Source: Clostridiales bacterium (GTDB lineage: Bacteria; Bacillota; Clostridia; HGM11327). Taken from it: 52,498 bases of DNA. Where the stretch lies: assembly GCA_015056385.1 (NCBI GenBank), contig SVGI01000003.1, positions 1 through 52,498 on the forward strand. Direction: 5' to 3'. Positions 45,181 to 52,498 of the stretch are shown here, in pieces. Position 1 is the stretch's first letter. Each line of letters opens with the position of its first letter. Below the pieces are notes generated by a model. The model did no database searches. It was not told the DNA's origin and saw only the letters and a list, made by a program, of their open reading frames with translations. The position numbers and the translations under genes are program-made.

Positions 45181-47970
45181 TTAAAGCTCAACCTTGATGC
45201 TTCTTACCTCACCGGGCTTAAGCACAAGCCTTACGGTATTGCCCTCGGGTGAAATATCCGCTACGGGCTTTTCCGTAAAATCTACAAGGGAAGCATTTTT
45301 TATATTCTTGGCAAGCCTTACCGTCGCCTCCTTCTCCTTGCTTGTAATGCTGTACAGCCTTATTATATATCCCTTTTTATCCTCACTTATCTTAAGGGCG
45401 GAAAGCCTTGCGCTTCCCTCTACGCTCATAAAGCTGTGCTCAAGAGGCATATCTCCGCCGTGGGTAGTGTTTGTAACCTTGCCCATGGGGAATATTTTTG
45501 TACCAACCGCCTTGAATATTCTCGTTGTGCAGTTGGAGGTAACGCCAAGGTGGATTATAATATTATGCTCGCCTAATTCGGGGAATCTGTCCGGGTCTGT
45601 TGAGGAGCGGATAAGATCAACTGCCAAGGTGTTGTCGTTGCACCTGAAGCCGTATTTGCTGTGTGTAAAGAGCACGCAACAGCTTTCGCCCTCACTTGCA
45701 GCTGCGGCAAAGGAGTTTGCGGGCACGTCCATAGGCATACCCTTTCTCTCGATTTTGCCAAGAGCAATATCGTAAAGGTAATTGCTTACGGTATAGCTCA
45801 AGGGAGCCTTAAAGCGAAGCTGGGGCATCCTTTTTGCCGTTCCCTCCTCAAGCCATTCAACACGTGTATCGAAATCAAGGGATTCACTATGCTCGTCAAG
45901 TATTACCTCAACGCATATCCTGGATCTTTCTCCCAATGAAGCCTCGTAGGTTACACTCTTTCTCAATCCGAAATCCCTTATTGCCTTAACGGATACGCCT
46001 GAGGCTAAGTTTACGTTTACCTCCCTCATAACAGGGCCTACGCGCCATGAGGTCATTCCCCATACTGTATCCTCGTCTACAAGAGTAAAGAAGCAGGAGG
46101 GTGTCTTGATTACCTCCTCACCTGTACGCTTATCCGTAAGTGAGGTAAGCATCATGCTCTTGCGCTCAAAGGTAGCCTTTATAACGTCGTTTTCAAGGGT
46201 TATAGGTCCGTCGTTAAAGGATACGTCTACTCTCGGGTCTGCAGGGGCCCAGCCAATAGCACCGCCCGCAGGCATCTCATCCAATATTACGGTAGTATAG
46301 CCCATTGCGGGAACCTTAACGTCTATTACGAAATCATAGCCCAGGTGTCCCCAATAATATGAATCGAAATTAACAAAGCAGCTGGGAACAATCTCGCCGT
46401 TGGGGTAAGTAAATCTTGCACGTGAGGTGTCGTACTTCCAATCGAATATGCGGAGCTTTACGGCCTCCCTTCTTTCAAAGGGAAGGGTGTTGTATATATG
46501 AACGATTCTCTTTTTACCTCTGCCCCTTTCTGTCTGGGGGAATATAAAGAGCCTTTGAGGGCTTGAGCCGTAGCCCGAGCCTGCGCCCTCGGCAACGTCA
46601 ACCTTGTCCGCCTCTACGATTATAGAGGACGTATCTATTTTTGATACTATATTCTGAAGAGCCATATTGGCATTGGACATATTGTATGCCATAGCCTCCT
46701 GGAAAATGCCTCTTGCGTATTCTCTTGTTTCCACCACGCCGCTTCCGGGAAGAATATCGTGGAACTGATTAAAGAGCACCTTCTGCCAAGCCTTTGCAAA
46801 GCGCTCGTTATAATCCGTTCTGGTGTCCCCCATCATAGATGACATTGCGGCAACTGCCTCGCCGTCGTAAAGCCTGTCCTCGCCTATGCGGTTTGCCTCC
46901 TTGATTCTTGCCTGTGAGGTGTAGCAGCCTGTGAACACAAAGTTAAGCTCATCCTCAACAACGGGGAATTTATCCTTGTCCTTCTCTATAATCTCAAAGA
47001 ATTCTCTTAATTTACCGAAGCGGACAACGGGATATATAGGCCATTTGCCCATGTCGAGTATTTTTTCGATATCGGCACGTGTAGGTCCGCCGCCGTGATC
47101 GCCTACGCCAAATGAATTAAGGAATACGTTTACACCAAGCCTTTTACACAGTGAAGGCACGTTGATTGCGGCATCGTATCCCACAGGGCCCTGATACCAT
47201 TCGGGCTCTCGGTATGTAAGAACCTCGCTTGAGCTCCTTGAGCGCCAGCGGTATATAATATCCCCATTATCACCTCTGCAATGGTAATAATATTTTATAC
47301 CACCGTTTGCCAATGCCTCGGGTACCTGGGCGTTGTGGCCAAAGGTATCGGGCTCAAAATCTATATCAAGGCTTTCAGGGGTAATATCAAGAAGCCTTGA
47401 AAGGTAGTTTTTGGTGTAAAGTATATGCCTTGCGGCGCTTTCACCGTTAGGCATATTTTTATCTGCCTCTACCCACTGGGAAGCGGTAACCTCCCATCTG
47501 CCCTCCTTTATTCTTTCCTTGATTTCGGGGAGCATTTCGGGGGCATACTTTTCTATTATTTCATAGGTTGAAGCCTGGGACTGCATAAACGTAAATTGGG
47601 GATACTCCTTCATAAGGTTCAAAACAGTCCTGAATGTATCCATTGTTACGGAAACGGTTTCCGCCATACCCCACATCCAGTTCATATCTATATGGGCGTG
47701 GCCTACGCATATAATGGAATATGCCTTTGCCATATCCTTTATAAAGGCAAGGTCCATTTCCATTTGGAGCACTGTTTGCTTTGTTATAGCGCCGTCCTCA
47801 ATAAGCTTGCTGTATACGGAATCTATTACGTTATTTACCTCGTCTTCAAAACGGCCTTCCTCCCTGGCAAGGTTATAGGCATAGCCAAGCTCGCCCATAC
47901 ATCTTTCCTTCCAATAGCCGCCCGATGCTATGGGCCCTCTTATTGCCTGAAGCTTATCTGCAGATGTCAT
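45181..47970 (-). CDS. Glycoside hydrolase family 38 alpha-mannosidase
   Basis: The GH38 N-terminal metal site VGHAHIDMNWMW is present, along with QWVEADKNMPNGES, GVGDHGGGP and FNQFHDILPGSG. The length of 929 aa fits the family. Confidence 0.9.
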   Translation of the reverse strand: MTSADKLQAIRGPIASGGYWKERCMGELGYAYNLAREEGRFEDEVNNVIDSVYSKLIEDGAITKQTVLQMEMDLAFIKDMAKAYSIICVGHAHIDMNWMWGMAETVSVTMDTFRTVLNLMKEYPQFTFMQSQASTYEIIEKYAPEMLPEIKERIKEGRWEVTASQWVEADKNMPNGESAARHILYTKNYLSRLLDITPESLDIDFEPDTFGHNAQVPEALANGGIKYYYHCRGDNGDIIYRWRSRSSSEVLTYREPEWYQGPVGYDAAINVPSLCKRLGVNVFLNSFGVGDHGGGPTRADIEKILDMGKWPIYPVVRFGKLREFFEIIEKDKDKFPVVEDELNFVFTGCYTSQARIKEANRIGEDRLYDGEAVAAMSSMMGDTRTDYNERFAKAWQKVLFNQFHDILPGSGVVETREYARGIFQEAMAYNMSNANMALQNIVSKIDTSSIIVEADKVDVAEGAGSGYGSSPQRLFIFPQTERGRGKKRIVHIYNTLPFERREAVKLRIFDWKYDTSRARFTYPNGEIVPSCFVNFDSYYWGHLGYDFVIDVKVPAMGYTTVILDEMPAGGAIGWAPADPRVDVSFNDGPITLENDVIKATFERKSMMLTSLTDKRTGEEVIKTPSCFFTLVDEDTVWGMTSWRVGPVMREVNVNLASGVSVKAIRDFGLRKSVTYEASLGERSRICVEVILDEHSESLDFDTRVEWLEEGTAKRMPQLRFKAPLSYTVSNYLYDIALGKIERKGMPMDVPANSFAAAASEGESCCVLFTHSKYGFRCNDNTLAVDLIRSSTDPDRFPELGEHNIIIHLGVTSNCTTRIFKAVGTKIFPMGKVTNTTHGGDMPLEHSFMSVEGSARLSALKISEDKKGYIIRLYSITSKEKEATVRLAKNIKNASLVDFTEKPVADISPEGNTVRLVLKPGEVRSIKVEL

Positions 47971-48056
47971 AATAATTTCCTTTCCGTTTGGTAATTTTGG
48001 GTTTTGACTATAATAACACAGCTGTACCGTATTAACAAGTAATTTTTACTGTATTC

Positions 48057-48085
48057 TTGACAATTTTAATATTATTATATATAAT
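48057..48085 (+). promoter_or_regulatory. Consensus sigma-A promoter of the valS T-box leader
   Basis: TTGACA (48057-48062), a 17-nt spacer, then TATAAT (48080-48085). Confidence 0.7.
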
Positions 48086-48089
48086 CTAG

Positions 48090-48326
48090 TGTAGCAATTT
48101 TTGTGCGTTGAAGGGGAGGAGTACCCCGCATTCACTCTGCAGAGAGCGCGCCCTTGGCTGAAAGGCGTGTGTGTGATGCGTTGTGGAAAGGTAGCCTCGG
48201 AGCACACCCCGGCAGGGTTACAGGCCTTCAAAATTAAGTGCCGTTATTTTTAGCGGAACAAAGGTGGTACCGCGGAGCATTCGCTTCGTCCTTGTTGTTT
48301 TTTACGGGGACGGGGCTTTTATTTTT
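48090..48326 (+). promoter_or_regulatory. T-box riboswitch leader (predicted Val-specific)
   Basis: Stem I elements are GCGTTGAAGGGGAGGAGTA, AGAGAGC and GGCTGAAAGG. The T-box sequence is AACAAAGGTGGTACCGCGG (48257-48275). The terminator pairs GCTTCGTCC (48283-48291) with GGACGGGGC (48308-48316), followed by TTTTATTTTT. The downstream gene is valS. Confidence 0.88.
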
Positions 48327-48368
48327 GCCTCGCCGCGTAATAAAGATTTTTAGAAAGGTGTCACACGT

Positions 48369-51029
48369 ATGGCAGAAATGAACAAAATATACGACCCTAA
48401 GCAGGCTGAAGGACGTATATACAAAAAATGGATGGATATGGGCGCATTCACAGCACATATCGACGAAAATAAAAAGCCCTGTACCATGGTTATACCTCCC
48501 CCGAATATTACGGGTAAGCTCCACATGGGCCACGCATTGGACAATACTCTTCAGGATATTCTTGCACGTTATAAGAGAATGTCCGGTTATTCAATGCTCT
48601 GGCTTCCCGGTACAGACCACGCAAGTATTGCAACCGAGGTAAAAATCGTTGAGATGCTTGCAAAGGAGGGCGTTACAAAGTACGACCTGGGCCGCGACGG
48701 CTTCCTCAAGCGCGCATGGGAATGGAAGGAAGAATACGGCTCCACGATTACGGAGCAGCTCAAGAAAATAGGCAGCTCTCTGGATTGGTCCAGAGAAAGA
48801 TTTACTATGGACGAGGGCTGCAACAGAGCCGTTAACCGCGTTTTCGTAAACCTTTACAACAAGGGCCTTATTTACAGAGGTAAGAGAATTATCAACTGGT
48901 GCTGCGAATGTCAGACAGCCCTTTCCGATGCAGAGGTTGAGTATGAGGAGGAAGAGGGCAGCCTTTGGCACATCAAATACCCTGTAAAGGGTGAGGAGGG
49001 CAGATACGTAACAGTTGCCACAACACGCCCCGAAACAATGCTTGGCGATACTGCCGTTGCAGTTAACCCTGCAGATGAAAGGTACGCCTCCATAGTCGGC
49101 AAAACGGTTATACTTCCCCTTATCAACAAGGAAATCCCCGTTATTGCAGACGATTACGTAGACGTTGAGTTCGGTACAGGCGTAGTTAAGATAACCCCTG
49201 CCCACGACCCCAACGACTTTGAGGTTGGCCGCAGGCACAATCTTCCCGTTATCGCCGTTATAGGTGAGGACGGAATTATGACAGATGACGCCGCTGAATA
49301 CAAGGGTCTTGACCGCTACGAGGCACGTAAGCGCATGGTGGCAGACCTCGAAAAGCTTGGTCTTCTTGAAAAAATCGAAAAGCACGTTCACAACGTAGGC
49401 CATTGTTACAGATGCCACACAACCGTTGAGCCTATGGTTTCAACACAGTGGTTTGTAAAAATGAAGCCCCTGGCAGAGCCTGCTATTGAGGCTGTAAGAA
49501 ACGGCGAGGTTGAATTTATACCCGAGCGCTTTGATAAAATATATTACAACTGGATGGAAAACATCAGAGATTGGTGTATATCACGTCAGCTCTGGTGGGG
49601 CCACAGAATTCCCGCATGGTATTGCGAAAAGTGCGGTGAGGTACACGTTGCTGAATCCGCGCCCGAGTGTTGCTCCAAGTGCGGCGGCAAATTAAAGCAG
49701 GACGAGGACGTATTGGATACCTGGTTCTCCTCTGCGCTTTGGCCCTTCTCCACACTCGGCTGGCCCGAGGAAACAGAGGATATGAAATACTTCTATCCCA
49801 CGTTCTCACTTATTACAGGCTACGATATAATCTTCTTCTGGGTAGCAAGAATGATATTCTCCGCTATTGAGCATACAGGTCAGGTGCCCTTCAAGCACGT
49901 GCTTATACACGGCCTTGTAAGGGATGAGCAGGGCAGAAAAATGAGTAAATCCCTGGGTAACGGCGTTGACCCCCTTGAAATAGTTGACGAATACGGCGCA
50001 GACGCATTGAGAATGAGCCTTGTTGCAGGCATCACTCCCGGTAACGATATGCGCTACTCCGATAAGAAGGTACGCGCATACAGAGATTTCGCAAACAAGA
50101 TTTGGAATGCAGGCAGATTTATAATGATGAATCTGGATACACTTACACAAAACGGCGTAGAGCTCAAAAAGCCCGAGGAGAGCGACCTTTCACTTTGCGA
50201 CAAGTGGATAAGAAGCCGACTTAACACCGTTATCAACGAGGTTACACAGAATATGGATAACTTCGATTTCGGTATTGCATCCCTTAAGATCTACGACTTT
50301 ATATGGAGCGAATTCTGCGACTGGTATATCGAGCTTACAAAGGTACGCCTCTACGGCGACGACGTAAAGGCAAAGAGCGTTGCTATCTATATGCTTATAG
50401 ATATATTCTCACAGACAATGAAGCTCCTCCACCCCTTTATGCCCTTTATCACAGAGGAGATTTGGTGCGCATTACCTCACGAGGGTGAAACAGTAATGCT
50501 TTCAGACTGGCCCAAGTACAACCCCGACCTTGAGGACACCAAGGCTATTGATGCAATAGGCGTTTCCATGGATATTATCCGCGCAGTAAGAAACTTAAGA
50601 AGTGAGCTTGACGTTAAGAACTCACAGAAGATTCAGATAACCGTTTCCTCCGGCGTTGCTTCTCTTACAGAGGACGTTAAAAACGGCGCAGAATACATTA
50701 TGAAGCTTGCAAATGCAGACAGCATAGACTATATCACACCCGATATGCCTGTGCCTGAAAATGCGAAGTCACTTCCCGTTGGCTCACTTGTGCTTTATAT
50801 CCCTATGGGCTCACTTATAGACGTAAATGCAGAGCTTGCTCGCCTCACAAAGCAGCTTGATACTCTTAAGAGCGAGGTTGAGCGTGCTCAGGGCAAGCTT
50901 AACAACGAGGCATTCGTTGCAAAGGCTCCCCCTGCATTGGTTGAAAAGGAAAAGGAAAAGATGGCAAAATCCCAGCAGGCACTTGATACCGTACTTGCCG
51001 AGATTGAAAATCTTAAGAAAATGATGTAA
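48369..51029 (+). CDS. valS: Valine--tRNA ligase
   Basis: It has HIGH (PPPNITGKLHMGHAL), KMSKS (GRKMSKSLGN), a CP1 editing domain, a zinc-like CxxC pair and a C-terminal coiled coil. The length is 886 aa. Confidence 0.95.
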   Translation: MAEMNKIYDPKQAEGRIYKKWMDMGAFTAHIDENKKPCTMVIPPPNITGKLHMGHALDNTLQDILARYKRMSGYSMLWLPGTDHASIATEVKIVEMLAKEGVTKYDLGRDGFLKRAWEWKEEYGSTITEQLKKIGSSLDWSRERFTMDEGCNRAVNRVFVNLYNKGLIYRGKRIINWCCECQTALSDAEVEYEEEEGSLWHIKYPVKGEEGRYVTVATTRPETMLGDTAVAVNPADERYASIVGKTVILPLINKEIPVIADDYVDVEFGTGVVKITPAHDPNDFEVGRRHNLPVIAVIGEDGIMTDDAAEYKGLDRYEARKRMVADLEKLGLLEKIEKHVHNVGHCYRCHTTVEPMVSTQWFVKMKPLAEPAIEAVRNGEVEFIPERFDKIYYNWMENIRDWCISRQLWWGHRIPAWYCEKCGEVHVAESAPECCSKCGGKLKQDEDVLDTWFSSALWPFSTLGWPEETEDMKYFYPTFSLITGYDIIFFWVARMIFSAIEHTGQVPFKHVLIHGLVRDEQGRKMSKSLGNGVDPLEIVDEYGADALRMSLVAGITPGNDMRYSDKKVRAYRDFANKIWNAGRFIMMNLDTLTQNGVELKKPEESDLSLCDKWIRSRLNTVINEVTQNMDNFDFGIASLKIYDFIWSEFCDWYIELTKVRLYGDDVKAKSVAIYMLIDIFSQTMKLLHPFMPFITEEIWCALPHEGETVMLSDWPKYNPDLEDTKAIDAIGVSMDIIRAVRNLRSELDVKNSQKIQITVSSGVASLTEDVKNGAEYIMKLANADSIDYITPDMPVPENAKSLPVGSLVLYIPMGSLIDVNAELARLTKQLDTLKSEVERAQGKLNNEAFVAKAPPALVEKEKEKMAKSQQALDTVLAEIENLKKMM

Positions 51030-51035
51030 TTTAAC

Positions 51036-51054
51036 GGGTGGGTTATTCCCACCC
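51036..51054 (+). other. Small GC hairpin between valS and alaX (weak terminator, attenuator or mRNA-stabilising hairpin)
   Basis: GGGTGGG-ttatt-CCCACCC followed by TTACTTTTAAT. It ends 11 nt before the alaX ATG. Confidence 0.4.
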
Positions 51055-51065
51055 TTACTTTTAAT

Positions 51066-52295
51066 ATGATTCAAAACACTATTTTTTATTCAGACCCTTA
51101 TAAAGAGGAATTCAGCGCAACGGTAACGAGCTGCGTTGAGGAAAACGGCGCATATCTTATTACTCTTTCAGACACCGCCTTTTACCCCGAAGGCGGCGGC
51201 CAGCCTGCAGACACAGGCTTTCTTATGAGCGCAAAGGGTGTTATAGCCCTAGTCAGCCACGTAAGGGAGGTAGGGCAGGCCATATATCACGTAGCAGATA
51301 AGCCTCTTAACACGGGGGACACAGTAAAGGGCGTTATCAATATGAGCAGACGCCGCGCACTTATGCAGATACACACCGGGGAGCATATCGTATCAGGGCT
51401 TATACACACTCTCTACGGCTTTGAAAACGTAGGCTTTCACATTTCCCCCGCCCCTGCCGTAAAGGAATTAAGGGACCAGGGCAACGATTTTATATGCACT
51501 ATTGATACAAGCGGACCTCTTGATGAAAATATGCTTATGCGTATTGAGGAGGAGGCAAACAGAGCTATATGGCGCAATATTCCCGTTAACGCCTCATTTT
51601 ACACCGAGGATGAGGTATGTGATAAGGAATACAGAAGCAAAAAGGAGCTTTCGGGTGTAATTCGCCTTGTTAACATAGAGGGTGTTGACGTTTGCGCCTG
51701 CTGCGGACTTCACACGCGCACAACGGGCGAGGTAGGTATGATAAAAATACTGGATTCCCAGGTGTATAAAAAGGGCAACAGAATAACACTTGCCTGCGGC
51801 GCAGGCGCTCTTTACGATTACAGACGTAAAAACCAGGAACTTCTTGCTATCTCTCAAAGGCTTTCCGCAAAGCCCCACGAGGCGCTTAAGGCCTTTGAGC
51901 AGCTTGAGGAATCAAAAAAGGCTCTTCAGTACGAAATGTACGGCTGTGAGGAGAGGCTTATGGACCTTCTTGTTTCCTCTGCCCAGGGGGATAATATTTC
52001 CTGCCCCGTATTCAATATGCCCAACGCATCAACAGAGCTTATAAGGCGCCTTGCCTTAAAGGGCGTTGATAAATTCAGGCTTTGCGTGGCTTTTACCGTA
52101 TGCGATGAATCCATACGCTTTGCCGTATCAAGTAACACCGAGGACCTTAAGGCAATATCCCAGGCCATAAATGCCCAGGGTGGACGTTGCGGCGGCAGGG
52201 CGCCTATTATTCAGGGAGCAACACCCTGTACTATAGAGGAGCTTACAGGAATACTTTCAAGCCTGGGATATATTGTTAAGGCAATAAATTTGTGA
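51066..52295 (+). CDS. alaX: Alanyl-tRNA editing protein, AlaX-L type (tRNA_SAD plus a DHHA1-like C-terminus)
   Basis: The zinc/editing motifs HTGEHIVSG (HxxxH) and CCGLHT (CxxxH) are present. The C-terminus contains GGRCGGRAPIIQG. Confidence 0.82.
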   Translation: MIQNTIFYSDPYKEEFSATVTSCVEENGAYLITLSDTAFYPEGGGQPADTGFLMSAKGVIALVSHVREVGQAIYHVADKPLNTGDTVKGVINMSRRRALMQIHTGEHIVSGLIHTLYGFENVGFHISPAPAVKELRDQGNDFICTIDTSGPLDENMLMRIEEEANRAIWRNIPVNASFYTEDEVCDKEYRSKKELSGVIRLVNIEGVDVCACCGLHTRTTGEVGMIKILDSQVYKKGNRITLACGAGALYDYRRKNQELLAISQRLSAKPHEALKAFEQLEESKKALQYEMYGCEERLMDLLVSSAQGDNISCPVFNMPNASTELIRRLALKGVDKFRLCVAFTVCDESIRFAVSSNTEDLKAISQAINAQGGRCGGRAPIIQGATPCTIEELTGILSSLGYIVKAINL

Positions 52296-52315
52296 TAAAA
52301 GCATTGTATAAAATA

Positions 52316-52356
52316 CAAAAACAAAGCGGGGTGAAATATATGCGCCCCGCTTTGTT
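52316..52356 (+). terminator. Terminator-like hairpin after alaX
   Basis: ACAAAGCGGGG (52321-52331) pairs with CCCCGCTTTGT (52345-52355) as an 11-bp stem, flanked by an A-run and a T-containing tract. Confidence 0.6.
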
Positions 52357-52357
52357 A

Positions 52358-52498
52358 TATACAAAAACCCCGCTTTGTTAGGCGGGTGCTCGTAAAACAG
52401 TTAAACCAAAAATTTAACTATTTTACGGCATCTGTCAGACGGGGTTGGCTAAACAAAAGTTAGCGATACTTGGTTTGATAACCGAGTATCGCTTCTTT
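52358..52498 (+). other. Structured non-coding tail at the window edge (several consecutive hairpins); identity unknown
   Basis: Four hairpins are visible: CCCGC/GCGGG, CGTAAAACAGTTAAA/TTTAACTATTTTACG, GCTAA/TTAGC, and GCGATACT/GAGTATCGC followed by TTCTTT. Confidence 0.3.

Noticed and set aside
48046-48544. Minus-strand ORFs (61, 99 and 64 aa) upstream of valS
   Set aside because: They overlap the T-box leader, whose conserved elements, promoter and terminator explain this sequence on the plus strand.
1-52498. Mobile genetic elements, prophage, toxin-antitoxin pairs, restriction-modification systems or known defence systems
   Set aside because: None of the translated ORFs shows a transposase, integrase/recombinase, phage structural protein, nuclease-methylase pair, reverse transcriptase or STAND/TIR/Cas-like motif. 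The only mobile-looking sequences are the short non-coding repeats reported in the findings.

Overview
This looks like a chromosomal, mostly housekeeping window from an anaerobic Firmicute, probably Clostridia. Supporting signs are AGGAGG-type RBSs, frequent TTG/GTG starts, and T-box and cobalamin riboswitch leaders. I support about 46 CDS. They include tsaD, a rhomboid protease, glnA, an ECF sigma/anti-sigma pair, an ABC-F ATPase, a ParE/ParC-like type IIA topoisomerase pair, asnS, OadB/OadG, rhamnulokinase, LOG, trmK, an OmpR/intramembrane-sensing histidine kinase pair followed by a small alarmone synthetase, a 1001-aa fused MacB-type ABC transporter, an amino-acid ABC operon ending in a YerC/TrpR-like gene, CvpA, a GH38 alpha-mannosidase, valS and alaX. 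Two cis-regulatory RNAs are readable directly: a cobalamin riboswitch (minus strand, about 41475-41746) and a T-box leader upstream of valS (about 48090-48326). I found no rRNA, tRNA, CRISPR array, transposase, integrase, phage gene or recognisable defence gene, and no clear novel multi-gene system. Four things deserve a second look. (1) A roughly 900-bp non-coding gap between convergent genes (31723-32623) is packed with GC-rich hairpins that share a TGTAGGG head (REP/REPIN-like). It includes a perfect 27-bp inverted repeat around a 127-bp AT-rich core. (2) The B12-riboswitch operon couples a dedicated ECF transporter to surface proteins with DUF4430 and alpha/alpha-toroid-like domains, and it opens with a small basic protein of unknown role. 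(3) The solute-binding lipoprotein of the amino-acid ABC operon appears circularly permuted. (4) A two-component system, alarmone synthetase, lipid kinase and MacB-like ABC transporter sit together on one strand. All functional calls come from reading motifs by eye, and no searches were run.
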